Source: an uncultured Actinomycetota bacterium (GTDB lineage Bacteria; Actinomycetota; Actinomycetes; Actinomycetales; Dermatophilaceae). Taken from it: a stretch of DNA of 64,000 bases. Positions within the stretch are counted from its first letter, which is position 1. The number at the start of each line of letters is the position of its first letter. Of this stretch, positions 47,148 to 56,302 are shown one piece after another. The notes below the pieces were generated by a model that worked only from the letters and a program-made list of their open reading frames with translations, ran no database searches and had not been told where the DNA came from. The position numbers were made by a program, and so were the translations under genes. Location of the stretch: NCBI GenBank assembly GCA_963781465.1, contig CAWAGH010000007.1, positions 167,657 through 231,656 of the forward strand. Direction: 5' to 3'.

Positions 47148-47158
47148 GACATCGGCCG

Positions 47159-48232
47159 CTACCCGAGGGCCGCAGCGGCCTCGAGGGTCATCCATGCCTG
47201 CAGCTGGGTGGAGAGCTCGAGCCGCCCGTCCGCCGCCGCGGCCTCGTTCGCGTCGGCGGAGAACCGCGACGCGCCGGCCGGCCCGGCACGCCCGGACCAG
47301 AACCCCTCGGCGGTCGCGGCGACCAGCCGACGGGCCGTCGCGGCCGTGTCTGCGTCGACCGCCGGGTCGGCCGCCGTGAGCGTGAGGTACCGGACGAGGA
47401 TCCCGGTGAAGAGGCCGCCGTCGTGGCCGCCGTGGGTGATGAGCACCCGGCGGTCACCGGTCGTGAGCCCTCGGTCAACCGCCTCGACGAGCGCGGCCGC
47501 CCGGAGGCGGCTCCCCTCGTCGGCGAGGGAGGTCAGGACGCCGAGCACGGTCCCCTGGTTGTAGGTGTAGACGTCGCGGACGACGACCTCCCGACCGTCG
47601 ACCACGCGTACGCCGTCGAGGAAGAGACCCGACTCGGGGTCGAACAGCCGCGCATACATCCACTCGACGAGCGACCGCGCGGCGTCGAGGTCCCCGATCC
47701 GGGCCAGGTGCAGGGCGACCGGTCCACTGGCGGGGACGTTCTTGAAGTCGCGGTGCGTGTTCCAGAAGACGCCGCCGCCGAGGTCGTCGGTCACGGCCGA
47801 CCGCAGCTGCGCCGTGAGGACCCGCTCGGACACCCGGAGCCGTCGCCCTGGTCGGGCCCGCCCGAGCGACGCGTGGAGGACCGCCAGCCGGCCGGCGGCG
47901 AGGACCAGCCAGGCCATGTCGTCGTAGAAGGCGTTGGGGAAGCGGCCGACGTTACGCAGCCGGATCGTGGCGAGCAGCCGGTCGCCGCGCCGGGCCCGCA
48001 CCTCGGCGCCCTCGACATCGCCGAGCCGGAGCGCGCGCAGGCCGGCGTCGACGACGCAGTCGAGGTAGTGCGCCTGCCACCAGTAGTTCCAGTGGACGTC
48101 GGCGCGGCCGCGCGTGGGGTGCTCGACCCGCGCCAGGTGGGTACCGGGCAGACCGAGCAGGCGCCCGCCGAACCACGCCGTGACCGACCGTTCGGCCTCC
48201 GCGGCGCGCGCGTCGAGGTCGGAGTCGCCCAT
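47159..48232 (-). CDS. glycoside hydrolase family 76-like (alpha-1,6-mannanase-like) protein
   Basis: 357-aa ORF. HWNYWWQAHYLDCVVDA, FYDDMAWLVLA, GGVFWN, YTYNQGTVLG. No signal peptide noticed. Confidence 0.7.
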   Translation of the reverse strand: MGDSDLDARAAEAERSVTAWFGGRLLGLPGTHLARVEHPTRGRADVHWNYWWQAHYLDCVVDAGLRALRLGDVEGAEVRARRGDRLLATIRLRNVGRFPNAFYDDMAWLVLAAGRLAVLHASLGRARPGRRLRVSERVLTAQLRSAVTDDLGGGVFWNTHRDFKNVPASGPVALHLARIGDLDAARSLVEWMYARLFDPESGLFLDGVRVVDGREVVVRDVYTYNQGTVLGVLTSLADEGSRLRAAALVEAVDRGLTTGDRRVLITHGGHDGGLFTGILVRYLTLTAADPAVDADTAATARRLVAATAEGFWSGRAGPAGASRFSADANEAAAADGRLELSTQLQAWMTLEAAAALG

Positions 48233-48241
48233 CGGGTCAGG

Positions 48242-49075
48242 TTACGGGTGGCCGGCTCCGGGCACGTCGACCTCCACCGCCACCACGGTGCTGTTGTGCT
48301 CGCCGACCGGTCCCTGCGGACCCCACTCGTTGGTGACGGCGTAGAGCGTGCGCCGCTCGGATCCGCCCAGCACGCAGGCGAACCCGCCGCGTCCGAGGTC
48401 CACGGTCTGGAGGATCTCGGCGCCCTCGGCGACCCGCACGCAGTGGGCGTGTGGCACATCCGCGTACCAGGCGGCACCCTCCGCGTCGAGGCAGATGCCG
48501 TCGGGGTTGTCCTCGCCGAGGTCCGCCCACACCCGGCGTCCGGACAGGCTCCCGTCCTCGTCGATGTCGTATGCGGTCAGGCAGTTTCCGTAGGACTCGG
48601 CCACGACCAGCGTGCGCCCGTCGGCGCTGACCGCCATGCCGTTGGGGAACATGAGGCCGTCCGCGACGCGACGCGCCTGACCGTCGGGGGGCACGAGCAC
48701 CACCCATCCGGGCTGCATCTCACCCTCACCGAAGTCGAAGCCGATGTTGTTGACGTAGGCGTTTCCGCGGTCGTCCACGACGATGTCGTTGAACGGCGTC
48801 GTCCCGAACGCGCCGAGGTCGGCGTGGGGGACGAGCGTGCCGTCCGGCTCCTGCCGCAGCAGCGTCGGCCCGGCGACGAGCAGCATTCGCCCGTCGGGCA
48901 GGAAGTCGAAGCACAGCGGAAACGCCTCGGCCTGGGCCGCCACCTCGGCCGACCCGTCGTCGCCGACCGCCAGGACCTGGCCCGCACTCCAGTCGGAGAC
49001 GTACAGCCTCCCGTCGTGCCACCGAGGCGACTCTCCGAAGGCGAGCCCGGTCAGGACGGTACGCAGCGCAGTCAT
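48242..49075 (-). CDS. SMP-30/gluconolactonase/LRE family beta-propeller protein
   Basis: ATG 49075. LAFGESPRWHDGRLYVSDW, NDIVVDDRGNAYV, FPNGMAVSADGRTLVVAES, PDGICLDAEGAAW. Confidence 0.8.
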   Translation of the reverse strand: MTALRTVLTGLAFGESPRWHDGRLYVSDWSAGQVLAVGDDGSAEVAAQAEAFPLCFDFLPDGRMLLVAGPTLLRQEPDGTLVPHADLGAFGTTPFNDIVVDDRGNAYVNNIGFDFGEGEMQPGWVVLVPPDGQARRVADGLMFPNGMAVSADGRTLVVAESYGNCLTAYDIDEDGSLSGRRVWADLGEDNPDGICLDAEGAAWYADVPHAHCVRVAEGAEILQTVDLGRGGFACVLGGSERRTLYAVTNEWGPQGPVGEHNSTVVAVEVDVPGAGHP

Positions 49076-49095
49076 AGAAGTGAGACTCGCACCGC

Positions 49096-49392
49096 ATGCC
49101 GCACTCATCGGGCCTCTATCGTGAAGCGGTGCCGAGCTCTCGCTGGTCCATCGCGTCACGGGACTCGCTGCTGTCCATCGGGTCGGCCGGGTCGGTGCTG
49201 TCGATCGGCAGCGTGGGCTCGTGCCTGTCGATCGGCTGCAGCGGGTCGTTCCTCTCGATCGGCTGCGCGGGCTCGTCGGTCAGCCTCTTGTCGCTGCTCT
49301 CGTTCCGGTCGGTGGGCAGCATCCTGTCCAGCGGCGCGCGGTTCTCGGTGCTGTCGTCGAACGCGACCCGAGGATTCCGAGTGCGGGGCTGA
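49096..49392 (+). CDS. Ser/Gly/Leu/Cys-rich small repeat protein (9-residue LSIGSxGSx periodicity)
   Basis: 98-aa ATG ORF ...WSIASRDSL LSIGSAGSV LSIGSVGSC LSIGCSGSF LSIGCAGSS VSLLSLLSF RSVGSILSS.... All third positions are G/C, but the antisense ORF 49116..49472 shares the same third positions, so the coding strand is not settled. Confidence 0.4.
   Translation: MPHSSGLYREAVPSSRWSIASRDSLLSIGSAGSVLSIGSVGSCLSIGCSGSFLSIGCAGSSVSLLSLLSFRSVGSILSSGARFSVLSSNATRGFRVRG
49144..49332. repeat. seven tandem 27-bp units (four well conserved: 49171-49278)
   Basis: Units are CTGTCCATCGGGTCGGCCGGGTCGGTG, CTGTCGATCGGCAGCGTGGGCTCGTGC, CTGTCGATCGGCTGCAGCGGGTCGTTC and CTCTCGATCGGCTGCGCGGGCTCGTCG, flanked by degenerate units. 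They are contiguous with no spacers. Confidence 0.8.
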
Positions 49393-49550
49393 CGACAAAC
49401 ACGTCGACCGACGCGGGTCGGGATGACGACCGCGTCTGCCCCCACCACAGTGGCGACACGGAAGCTCTCCATCGACCCGCGCCGGTCGGCGCGGTGTACT
49501 GCTCCCTGCCGCTCGAGGGCCCTCGAGAAGCGGGGGGTTGCTGTGCCCCT

Positions 49551-49988
49551 TCAGGATCCCTCGCGGCGTCCTCCAGGACGGTCCGCCGGCCGGTGGACGC
49601 AGGGGATGAACGCCGTGTCCACCGATCGGGGGACCCGGACACTCACGCGCTCACCGATGCGAGGAGCGTCGTCGGGCGGGCCGCCCGCGGCCGCGACGAC
49701 GATCTGCCGGCCGCGATGCCGCGACGACGACAGCAGGCCGACCTGGACCGCTCGGGTGGGCCGATGGGCGCCGCGACGGACCCCCTTCGGCGGGTTGCCG
49801 GGACGGCCGTCGTCGAGGTCCGCGTCCCCGACGTCGACGCCGAGGGACCGGCCGACCGGATCGCGGGTGGGGCCCTCCACCAGCTCGGGCGCGATGCCGG
49901 CGAGCGCTGCGCCACCGACGAGCACGGCGACGACACCCGTGGCCCAGGGGGCACGGGTTCGACGACGAGGTCGGCGTCGGAGGGTCAC
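49551..49988 (-). CDS. hypothetical membrane-anchored protein
   Basis: 145-aa GTG ORF with an N-terminal Arg-rich segment plus one hydrophobic helix (WATGVVAVLVGGAALAGIA). The remainder is Arg/Gly/Pro-rich with no convincing domain. Could be a decayed gene. Confidence 0.3.
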   Translation of the reverse strand: MTLRRRPRRRTRAPWATGVVAVLVGGAALAGIAPELVEGPTRDPVGRSLGVDVGDADLDDGRPGNPPKGVRRGAHRPTRAVQVGLLSSSRHRGRQIVVAAAGGPPDDAPRIGERVSVRVPRSVDTAFIPCVHRPADRPGGRREGS

Positions 49989-50135
49989 GGTCAGGGCTCC
50001 TGCGGGAACGGTGGGGCATGTCCGTCCAGCGTGATGTCACGGCCGGCCGCGCCCGGTCCACCGGGTGACCGACACTGCGGCGGACGGCGAACGGCCCGGG
50101 GAGTGGACCGACGGGTGGGGTCAGCCCCACCCGCC

Positions 50136-50220
50136 TTCCCGCTTCCAACCCGGAGTTGTATGCAGTTCTCCGGCTCGTCGAGCCCCGAAACTGAGCACAA
50201 CTCCGGGTTGGAAGCGGGAA
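50136..50220. repeat. palindromic intergenic element, copy 1 (24-bp perfect stem, 37-nt loop)
   Basis: TTCCCGCTTCCAACCCGGAGTTGT (50136-50159) pairs perfectly with ACAACTCCGGGTTGGAAGCGGGAA (50197-50220). It starts 6 nt beyond the stop (50226) of the LuxR-type gene. Homologous to 61599-61704. Confidence 0.8.
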
Positions 50221-50225
50221 AGCGC

Positions 50226-52470
50226 TCAGACGCCGAGGCGGTGGGCCACCCGAGCGGCCTCCTGGCGCCCGCCGACGTCGAGCTTGCGCAGGATGTTCGA
50301 GACGTGCACGCTCGCCGTCTTCACGCTGATGAACAGCTCGTCGGCGATCTCCAGGTTGGTCCGGCCCGCCGACAACCCGGCGAGCACCTCGACCTCGCGC
50401 GGCGTCAGCCCGTACCTGTCCAACGCGTGCGGCTCGGCCTCGACCGGCTCCGCGACGAGGTCGATGCGGTGCCAGCCGGCGAGCCGTTCGCACTCCTGCC
50501 CAGGCGGGCGGCGCCCAACCCCAACGCCGCGGTATGCGCGTCCCGCAGGGCGTCGATGGCCGCCGCGTCGACCCCGGAGTCGAGGCGCGCCTCCGCCTCC
50601 CGCCAGCGCGCGTAGGCCTGGGGGAACGGCCGGCCCAGCGCGCGCCGCGCCGCACCGGTCTCGGCCCAGACGGCCGGGTCGCGGGCCAGGTCCAGCCGGG
50701 TCGTCTCGGCCCGCGCCCACGCGCGGACCGCCGCGTCCTCCGGCTGGTTGGCCGCGGGCCAGGTACGGGCGTCGTCGAGCGGCCGCTGCATACCGGAGAG
50801 GCGTTTGCGGGACTCGCGGTCGCGGTGCGCCTCGGCCTCCGTCGCGAGCGCCCGCAGCCCCAGGGCGACCAGGGTGCCCGCATACGCCGCATCGTCGGTG
50901 CCCCGGACGACGTCGAGGCCTTCGACGACGAGGTCGTAGGCGGCGACCGGCCGGCCGGCCCACAGCTCGACCTCCGCCTCGGTCTCGACGAGGTTGCGAC
51001 GGTAGGAGTCGGGGGCGTTCTCCGCCTCGACGATGACGCGGGCCTGCTCCAGCCATTCCCAGGCCTCGTCGAGGTCTCCCCGCATCATCGCGACCCGGCC
51101 GGCTTGCCACAGGACCGGCACCGCCATGACCCCGCGGGGATGCTGCGACACCGCCTCGGCGATCACCCGGCCGGCCTCCGCGATCCGCCCCGCGTGGCCG
51201 AGGGCCTCGGCGAGGTTGGCCTTGAGGAAGCTGACCCGCTGGCGGGCGAGGCCCGTGCGGGTGAGGACGTCGGCGCCCTCGCGGGCGACCACCACGATCT
51301 CGTCGACCCGGCCGCCCAGGCCGAGGATGTGGGTGAGGTTGACGTAGGCCGTCGCCAGGTCGTCGGGATTGCCGACCTCGACCGCGATGGCCAGGGCTTG
51401 GCGCAGCAGTCTCGCGCCGGACTCGATGTCGCCGTGGGCCGACTCGACGAGCCCGGAGGCGTTGACCAGCAGCCCCTCCTCACGCCGGGCCCCCATCTTG
51501 CGAGCGACCGCGAGACCGCGCCGACACGACTCCTCCGCGACGTCGAGACGCGACCACGCCGCCCCGAACAGGGCCAGCCCGGCGTGGATCCGGGCCACGA
51601 GCACGCTCTCCTGCTCCGGGGGTAGCAGGGTCAGCGCTTCCCGGAGGCAGTTCTCGGCGAGGGACCCGCGGCCGGCGCGGTAGTGGATGAGACCCAGCCG
51701 GGTGAGCAGCGCGGCCCGGGAGGGCGGGTCCGTCGAGAGCGCCAGTGCCGACTCGACGAGCCGGACGGCCTCCGGGCTGTCCCCGACCAGGCTGGCGGCC
51801 TGGCCTGCGTGCTTGAGCAGCCGGACCCGGTCGTGGTCGGTCCCGGTGATCTGGTCCATCAGGCCGATGGCGCGGCTGAAGTTGGTGTACGCGTCGGCGA
51901 AGGCCTACATGCGCTCCGCCGCCCAGCCGGCCGCCACGGCCGCGTCCAGCGCGCGCTCCGAGTCTCCGGCGCCCAGCCAGTGCCGGGCCAGCTCACCGGA
52001 GACGGCGTCCTCCGCGACCGAGCTGCGCTGGCCGGTGCCGGACCTTCGGCGGGCTCGAGCGCCTCGGCGGCCGCCCCGTGAAGCCCTGCCGTTCGGCCGG
52101 CATCAGCTCCGCGTAGACGACCTCGCCGAACGCCGGGTGCCGGAACGCGATGGTGTCGTCGCGGCGGATCTCGACCACGTGCTGGTCGATGGCCGGCCGC
52201 AGAAAGGTCTCGGTCTGCTCGACGAGGGTTCCGGTCGTGGCGGCGAGCAGCGGCACTAGGGCGGGCCGGCCGATCACGGCGGCCGCGCGCAGCACCGACT
52301 GGGTGTCGTCGGGGAGCGCGTGCACCCGGGCGTGGAGCAAGCTCGTGCAGGGTGGCGGGGAGCAGGGCCGGGTGGCCCGGGTGCTGCGTGGCCTGCATGA
52401 CGAGCTGCTCCGCGAACAACGGGTTGCCCGCCGACCAGTCGGCGGGTCACCGGCCTGGTCGTGTCCAGCG
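50226..52470 (-). pseudogene. LAL-type (large ATP-binding LuxR family) regulator, heavily decayed and lacking its N-terminal ATPase domain
   Basis: The C-terminal LuxR HTH (LTPREVEVLAGLSAGRTNLEIADELFISVKTASVHVSNILRKL) is out of frame with the 484-aa TPR-like middle (ORF 50405..51859); break near 50495-50515. An in-frame TAG sits at 51905-51907 (..WAAERM*AFADAYTNF..). Further frame changes lie near 52020, 52078, 52335 and 52435, linking [63 protein letters not shown]. No Walker A segment is left. The upstream boundary is approximate. Confidence 0.8.
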
Positions 52471-52975
52471 TGGACCGGCCCGGCAGCCCGCGGCGGCTGG
52501 AGGCGGACCTCGTCCGCTGCGACATCAGCTACGCGACCCGCCGGTTCCGCCGGCGTCCGGGCGACGCGGGGACGGCGCTGGCGATCCTCCAGCCGGCCAG
52601 CGCGGCCGTGCCCCGGTCGGGTGTCCTCATCGCCCAGGAGAACGACGAGTGGATCGCCGGGGCTCACGGGGTACCACGGCGTCCGGCCGCCCACCGAGCT
52701 GCCCGAGTTCCTCGCGTATGCGCGGACCCTCGAAGCGCCGGCCATCGCCGAGGTCCTCGAGCGGCTCGAACCCCTCGACGACGGGTGCATGTACCGGTTC
52801 CAGGCCAGCGTGCGGCGCCGGTACGAGCGGCTGCTCGACGTCCCGGAGGGGATCCTCGTCATCGGCGACGCGCTGTGCTCGTTCGACCCCGCCTTCGGCC
52901 AAGGGATGAGCACGGCCGCGCTCGAGGCCGTCGCGCTGCGGCGGCGCTCGCCGAGGGCCGGGAGGACCTCGGCCG
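52470..52975 (+). pseudogene. fragment of an FAD-dependent monooxygenase/oxidoreductase (C-terminal two thirds, frameshifted)
   Basis: [20 protein letters not shown]...[18 protein letters not shown], then a frame change near 52665, then [89 protein letters not shown], then another frame change near 52940. The N-terminal dinucleotide-binding part is absent. Boundaries are approximate. Confidence 0.6.
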
Positions 52976-53032
52976 TCGCTTCCGTACGCGTCCGCTCGCG
53001 TCACCGTCAAGCACGACGGTCCCGTCGAGCGG

Positions 53033-53455
53033 ATGACCGTCGACGCGTGGGGGCTGCCGGCCAACACCGAGTTCGACACGTTCGTCATCCAGGTGCCCAA
53101 TGCCCCGTTCGGCGTGTCGTGGTACCAGGGCCACCTGGAGACCAACCGGTGGGGCTTCGCACACCAGGAGTACGTCGGCCGGTTCAACCAGGAGACGTTC
53201 GCCATCGCGCTGAACACGGCGCCGGCGCCCTCGGTGCACTCCTCGCCGACGCCGGACGCGACGAGCAACCCCGCCTTCGGGCCGATCCGCACGTTCCACG
53301 TCGGCATCTGGTTCAACTCGCCGGCCGACGCCACCAAGGCCGGGTGCCCGGGCGCGACGACTCCGTTCAACGGGGAGCACAACGCCGGAGTCCTGGTCTT
53401 CAACACCGCCCAGTTCCCGGCCACCGCCGGCCCGCTGGGCAACCCCAAGCCCTGA
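53033..53455 (+). CDS. hypothetical protein, probably the C-terminal part of a longer (secreted?) protein
   Basis: 140-aa ATG ORF ...[25 protein letters not shown]...GRFNQETF...[31 protein letters not shown].... The frame stays open and looks protein-like upstream to about 52985 ([11 protein letters not shown]), where it abuts the monooxygenase fragment. Confidence 0.4.
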   Translation: MTVDAWGLPANTEFDTFVIQVPNAPFGVSWYQGHLETNRWGFAHQEYVGRFNQETFAIALNTAPAPSVHSSPTPDATSNPAFGPIRTFHVGIWFNSPADATKAGCPGATTPFNGEHNAGVLVFNTAQFPATAGPLGNPKP

Positions 53456-53497
53456 CCAACCCTTCCCGCGCAAGGTCAGGAACGGCGGCGGGACCAT

Positions 53498-54505
53498 TCA
53501 GGGGTGGGTGGTTCCGTCGCCAACTCGGTTCGCCACGGCCCGGATCTCGTCCGCGCTCGCGTTGCCGCCGGTCACGATGACGGCGCAGCGCTGCGGACGG
53601 TCCGAGGCGGCGAGCAGGCCGGCCAAGGCGGCCGCGCCGGCGGACTCGGCGAGGGTATGCGCGTGGCTGGCCAGCAGGCCGGCCGCGGCGTCGAGGTCGT
53701 CGTCCGACACGAGGACGAAGTCGTCGAGGCGCCCGGCCATGACGCGCTGAGGTAGTGCGTAGCTGGTGCCCGTCGCCAGACCGCTCGACCGGGTCCGGCA
53801 CGGAGCCTGAGCGGGTCGCCCGTCCTGCCAGGCGGTGTGGGCGGCTGGCGCCGCGGAGGACTGCACGGCGATGACACGGCAGCTCGGGGCCAGGACCTCC
53901 CGGACGACGCAGGCCCCGGACGCGCCGGTCCCGCTGCCGACCGGCACGTAGATGGCCTCGAGCTCCGGATGCCGTTGCAGCAGCTCGAGGTAGACCGTCG
54001 CGTGGCCGTGCACGATGGCCGGCTCGTTACCCGGGTCGACGTACCGCAGCCCTCTTTCGCCGGCGAGCCGCTTGGCCTCCTCGACCGCCTCGTCCATGGT
54101 CGGCCCGTGCACGACGACCTCGCCGCCGAGGGCCCGCACCGCGGCGACCTTGCTGGGCGGCGCCGACTCCGGGACGACGATGACCGCGGTCGCCCCGACC
54201 AGCCGGGCGCCGTAGCAGACCGACTGGGCGTGGTTGCCGGTCGAGGCGGTTACCAGCCCGGCCTCCCGCTCGTCGGCGCTCAGTGCGAGCGCGAGGTTGA
54301 TCCCGCCGCGGACCTTGAACGCTCCTGTCGGCTGGACGTTCTCGTGCTTCACGACGACCGTCACTCCCGCGGCCTGGTCGAGCAGCGGGTACGACCACGC
54401 GGGTGTCGGCGGCAGGTGGGGGGCGATGGCCTCGGCCGCGGCCAGCACGCCCTCGTAGGTGACCTCGGCCGCGGTCGGGGCCGCCGGGCGCTGCGCAGAG
54501 CTCAT
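53498..54505 (-). CDS. threonine/serine dehydratase family PLP enzyme (fold type II)
   Basis: ATG 54505. [15 protein letters not shown] (PLP lysine), [19 protein letters not shown]. 335 aa. Confidence 0.8.
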   Translation of the reverse strand: MSSAQRPAAPTAAEVTYEGVLAAAEAIAPHLPPTPAWSYPLLDQAAGVTVVVKHENVQPTGAFKVRGGINLALALSADEREAGLVTASTGNHAQSVCYGARLVGATAVIVVPESAPPSKVAAVRALGGEVVVHGPTMDEAVEEAKRLAGERGLRYVDPGNEPAIVHGHATVYLELLQRHPELEAIYVPVGSGTGASGACVVREVLAPSCRVIAVQSSAAPAAHTAWQDGRPAQAPCRTRSSGLATGTSYALPQRVMAGRLDDFVLVSDDDLDAAAGLLASHAHTLAESAGAAALAGLLAASDRPQRCAVIVTGGNASADEIRAVANRVGDGTTHP

Positions 54506-54523
54506 GCGACCCACACTAAGCAG

Positions 54524-54892
54524 GTGACGTTGCACGACGGCCTCGAGGTGCTGGCCTTCGACGACCGTGCGACGCTCCGCGCGTGGCTGGCGTCGAACCA
54601 TGCGACCCATCCAGGGCTGTGGGTACGCGTGGCCCGGTCGGGGTCCGGTCGGTGGTCAGTGACGTTCGGGGAGCTCCTCGAGGAGGGACTCTGCTTCGGG
54701 TGGAGCGAGAGCACCCGCCACGCCGGCGACGACGACGGCTACCTCCAACGCTTCACCCCACGTCGAGGCCGGAGCACCGCGTCGGAGCGCAACCGGCGCC
54801 TGGTGGAACGGCTCGGCGTCGAGGGGCAGATGACTGCGGCGGGCTACCGGGCCCTGGGGCTGCCGGTACCTCCGGAGCTGGAGACGGCCTAG
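54524..54892 (+). CDS. YdeI/OmpD-associated family protein
   Basis: GTG 54524. FDDRATLRAWLASNHATHPGLWVRV...LEEGLCFGWSES...YLQRFTPRRGRS...NRRLVERL matches this family's signature. Confidence 0.7.
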   Translation: MTLHDGLEVLAFDDRATLRAWLASNHATHPGLWVRVARSGSGRWSVTFGELLEEGLCFGWSESTRHAGDDDGYLQRFTPRRGRSTASERNRRLVERLGVEGQMTAAGYRALGLPVPPELETA

Positions 54893-55329
54893 GACCGGCC
54901 CGCGCTCATTTTCTCGACGGCGGCGGCGATGCGGCGCTCGCGGGTGGCCGCCGCCTTGGCCTCCTCGATCGCGGTGACGTGCGCCTTGCGGTGGCTCGGT
55001 GCCAGGGCGTCGAAGGCCGCCCGCAGCCCGGCCGTGTCCAGGGCGGCGGCGAGGTCGGCGGGGACCTCGACCGTCCGAGGCGCGGAGTCCAGCTCGACGT
55101 CGACGACGATGGCGTCGCCTCCACCGATCCCGGTCTCCTTGCGCTTGTCGGAGCTGAACGGGATGAGGAACCGGCCGCCCATCGACGCGAGGGTGGACTG
55201 GTACGCATACCCGTTGACCGTGACCGACACGGCGGCGCGCTTGCCGCCGCCGAGCGCCGTCACGACCTCCTCGGACACCGGGATCCCCGTGTTGTTGCCG
55301 CTTTGCGCCATGGTCGTCTCGAACCGCAT
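54889..55329 (-). CDS. DUF1905 domain protein with YdeI-like C-terminal tail
   Basis: ATG 55329. NNTGIPVSEEVVTALGGGKRAAVSVTVNGYAYQSTLASMGGRFLIPFS, then VPADLAAALD...FDALAPSHRKAHVTAIEEAK. Confidence 0.7.
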   Translation of the reverse strand: MRFETTMAQSGNNTGIPVSEEVVTALGGGKRAAVSVTVNGYAYQSTLASMGGRFLIPFSSDKRKETGIGGGDAIVVDVELDSAPRTVEVPADLAAALDTAGLRAAFDALAPSHRKAHVTAIEEAKAAATRERRIAAAVEKMSAGRS

Positions 55330-55346
55330 GGCGGCAGTATCGCGCG

Positions 55347-55859
55347 ATGATGGGCCTCGTGGCGCAGGAGACCGGTGTCGCGCAGGCGGTCCTCGTCTGC
55401 GCAGGGCTCGCCGACGCCGGCGTCCGGTTCTGGTTGGCCGGAGGCTGGGGCGTCGACGCGCTGGCGGGCCGGCAGACCCGTCCACACCGCGACCTCGACC
55501 TGCTCGTCGACGCGGCCGACGAAGCCATGACCCTCGAGGTGCTGGGCGACCTCGGCTACGTCGTCGAGACCGACTGGCGGCCGCTCCGCGTGGAGCTGGC
55601 CCGCCGTGTGGGCGATGGAGAGGGCTGGGTCGACCTCCACCCGGTGGTGTTCGACGCCGAGGGGAACGGCGTCCAGGCCGGACTCGACGACACCGAGTTC
55701 CACTACCCCGCGGCGATCTTCACGACCGGACGGCTCGGCGGGATCGTCGTGGGCTGCGTCGCCGCCGCCGCCCAACGGACCGCGCACGAGGGGTATGCGC
55801 CGCGTCCCCAGGACGAGCACGACCTCGCGGTCCTCGATGCCCTGGATCCGGCCGACTGA
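55347..55859 (+). CDS. nucleotidyltransferase (aminoglycoside/lincosamide nucleotidyltransferase-like fold)
   Basis: FWLAGGWGVDALAGRQTRPHRDLDLLV, WVDLHPVVFD, HEGYAPRPQDEHDLAVL. 170 aa. Confidence 0.65.
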   Translation: MMGLVAQETGVAQAVLVCAGLADAGVRFWLAGGWGVDALAGRQTRPHRDLDLLVDAADEAMTLEVLGDLGYVVETDWRPLRVELARRVGDGEGWVDLHPVVFDAEGNGVQAGLDDTEFHYPAAIFTTGRLGGIVVGCVAAAAQRTAHEGYAPRPQDEHDLAVLDALDPAD

Positions 55860-56060
55860 GAAGCCCGCCCCGACTGGATTGGGGACGACGCTGCGACCAG
55901 ATCACCGACCTCGGCACGCAATCACCGTGGGAAGCGACCCACTCACCGCTTTGCCCCCCGTCAGGATGGCGTGGTGAGCAGGGCGCAGGCGCTCGAGTCG
56001 GGCCTCAGCCCGCGTCAGGTCGAGTGGCGCGTGTTCTCCGGGCGCTGGGTGCGGTTCAGC

Positions 56061-56302
56061 CCCACCACTCGGTCACGTCGCGGGTCATGTCGCGGCTGGT
56101 GTCGTGAATAACGACATCAGACGCGACATGTCGTGCGACTTGACATCGGCCGGCGCGCGTCATCGGGTCAAAGTGCGCGGCAAAGTGCATCCGGTGCTGC
56201 CATGACGACACCAACCGCACTCTGACCTGCACTCCGACCCGCCCTGAGGAACCCGCGAGCGCCCGAGCCCATCACTCGGTCACGTCTCGGGTCACGTCGC
56301 GG
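56061..56302. repeat. pair of 35-bp direct repeats (32/35 identical) in a non-coding stretch
   Basis: CCCACCACTCGGTCACGTCGCGGGTCATGTCGCGG (56061-56095) and CCCATCACTCGGTCACGTCTCGGGTCACGTCGCGG (56268-56302). Each contains an internal tandem GTCAYGTCGCGG duplication. The spacer is rich in GACAT/ATGTC motifs. Confidence 0.75.

Noticed and set aside
49144-49332. The 27-bp tandem repeat as a CRISPR array.
   Set aside because: The units are contiguous with no spacers, are in frame with an ORF, and are degenerate at the ends. No cas genes are nearby.
49116-49472. Antisense 118-aa ORF (PIDR/PIER repeats) as the real product of the repeat locus.
   Set aside because: It cannot be excluded, since it shares third positions with the sense ORF. 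However, it has a weaker start context and runs into the neighbouring ORF region. It is kept only as an alternative in the finding.
49551-49988. Possible class E/F sortase-like protein, suggested by the membrane anchor followed by ...SLGVDVGDADLDDGRPGNPP....
   Set aside because: The catalytic His/Cys/Arg signature (for example the TLxTC motif) is absent, and the resemblance is limited to a few residues. It is left as a hypothetical protein.
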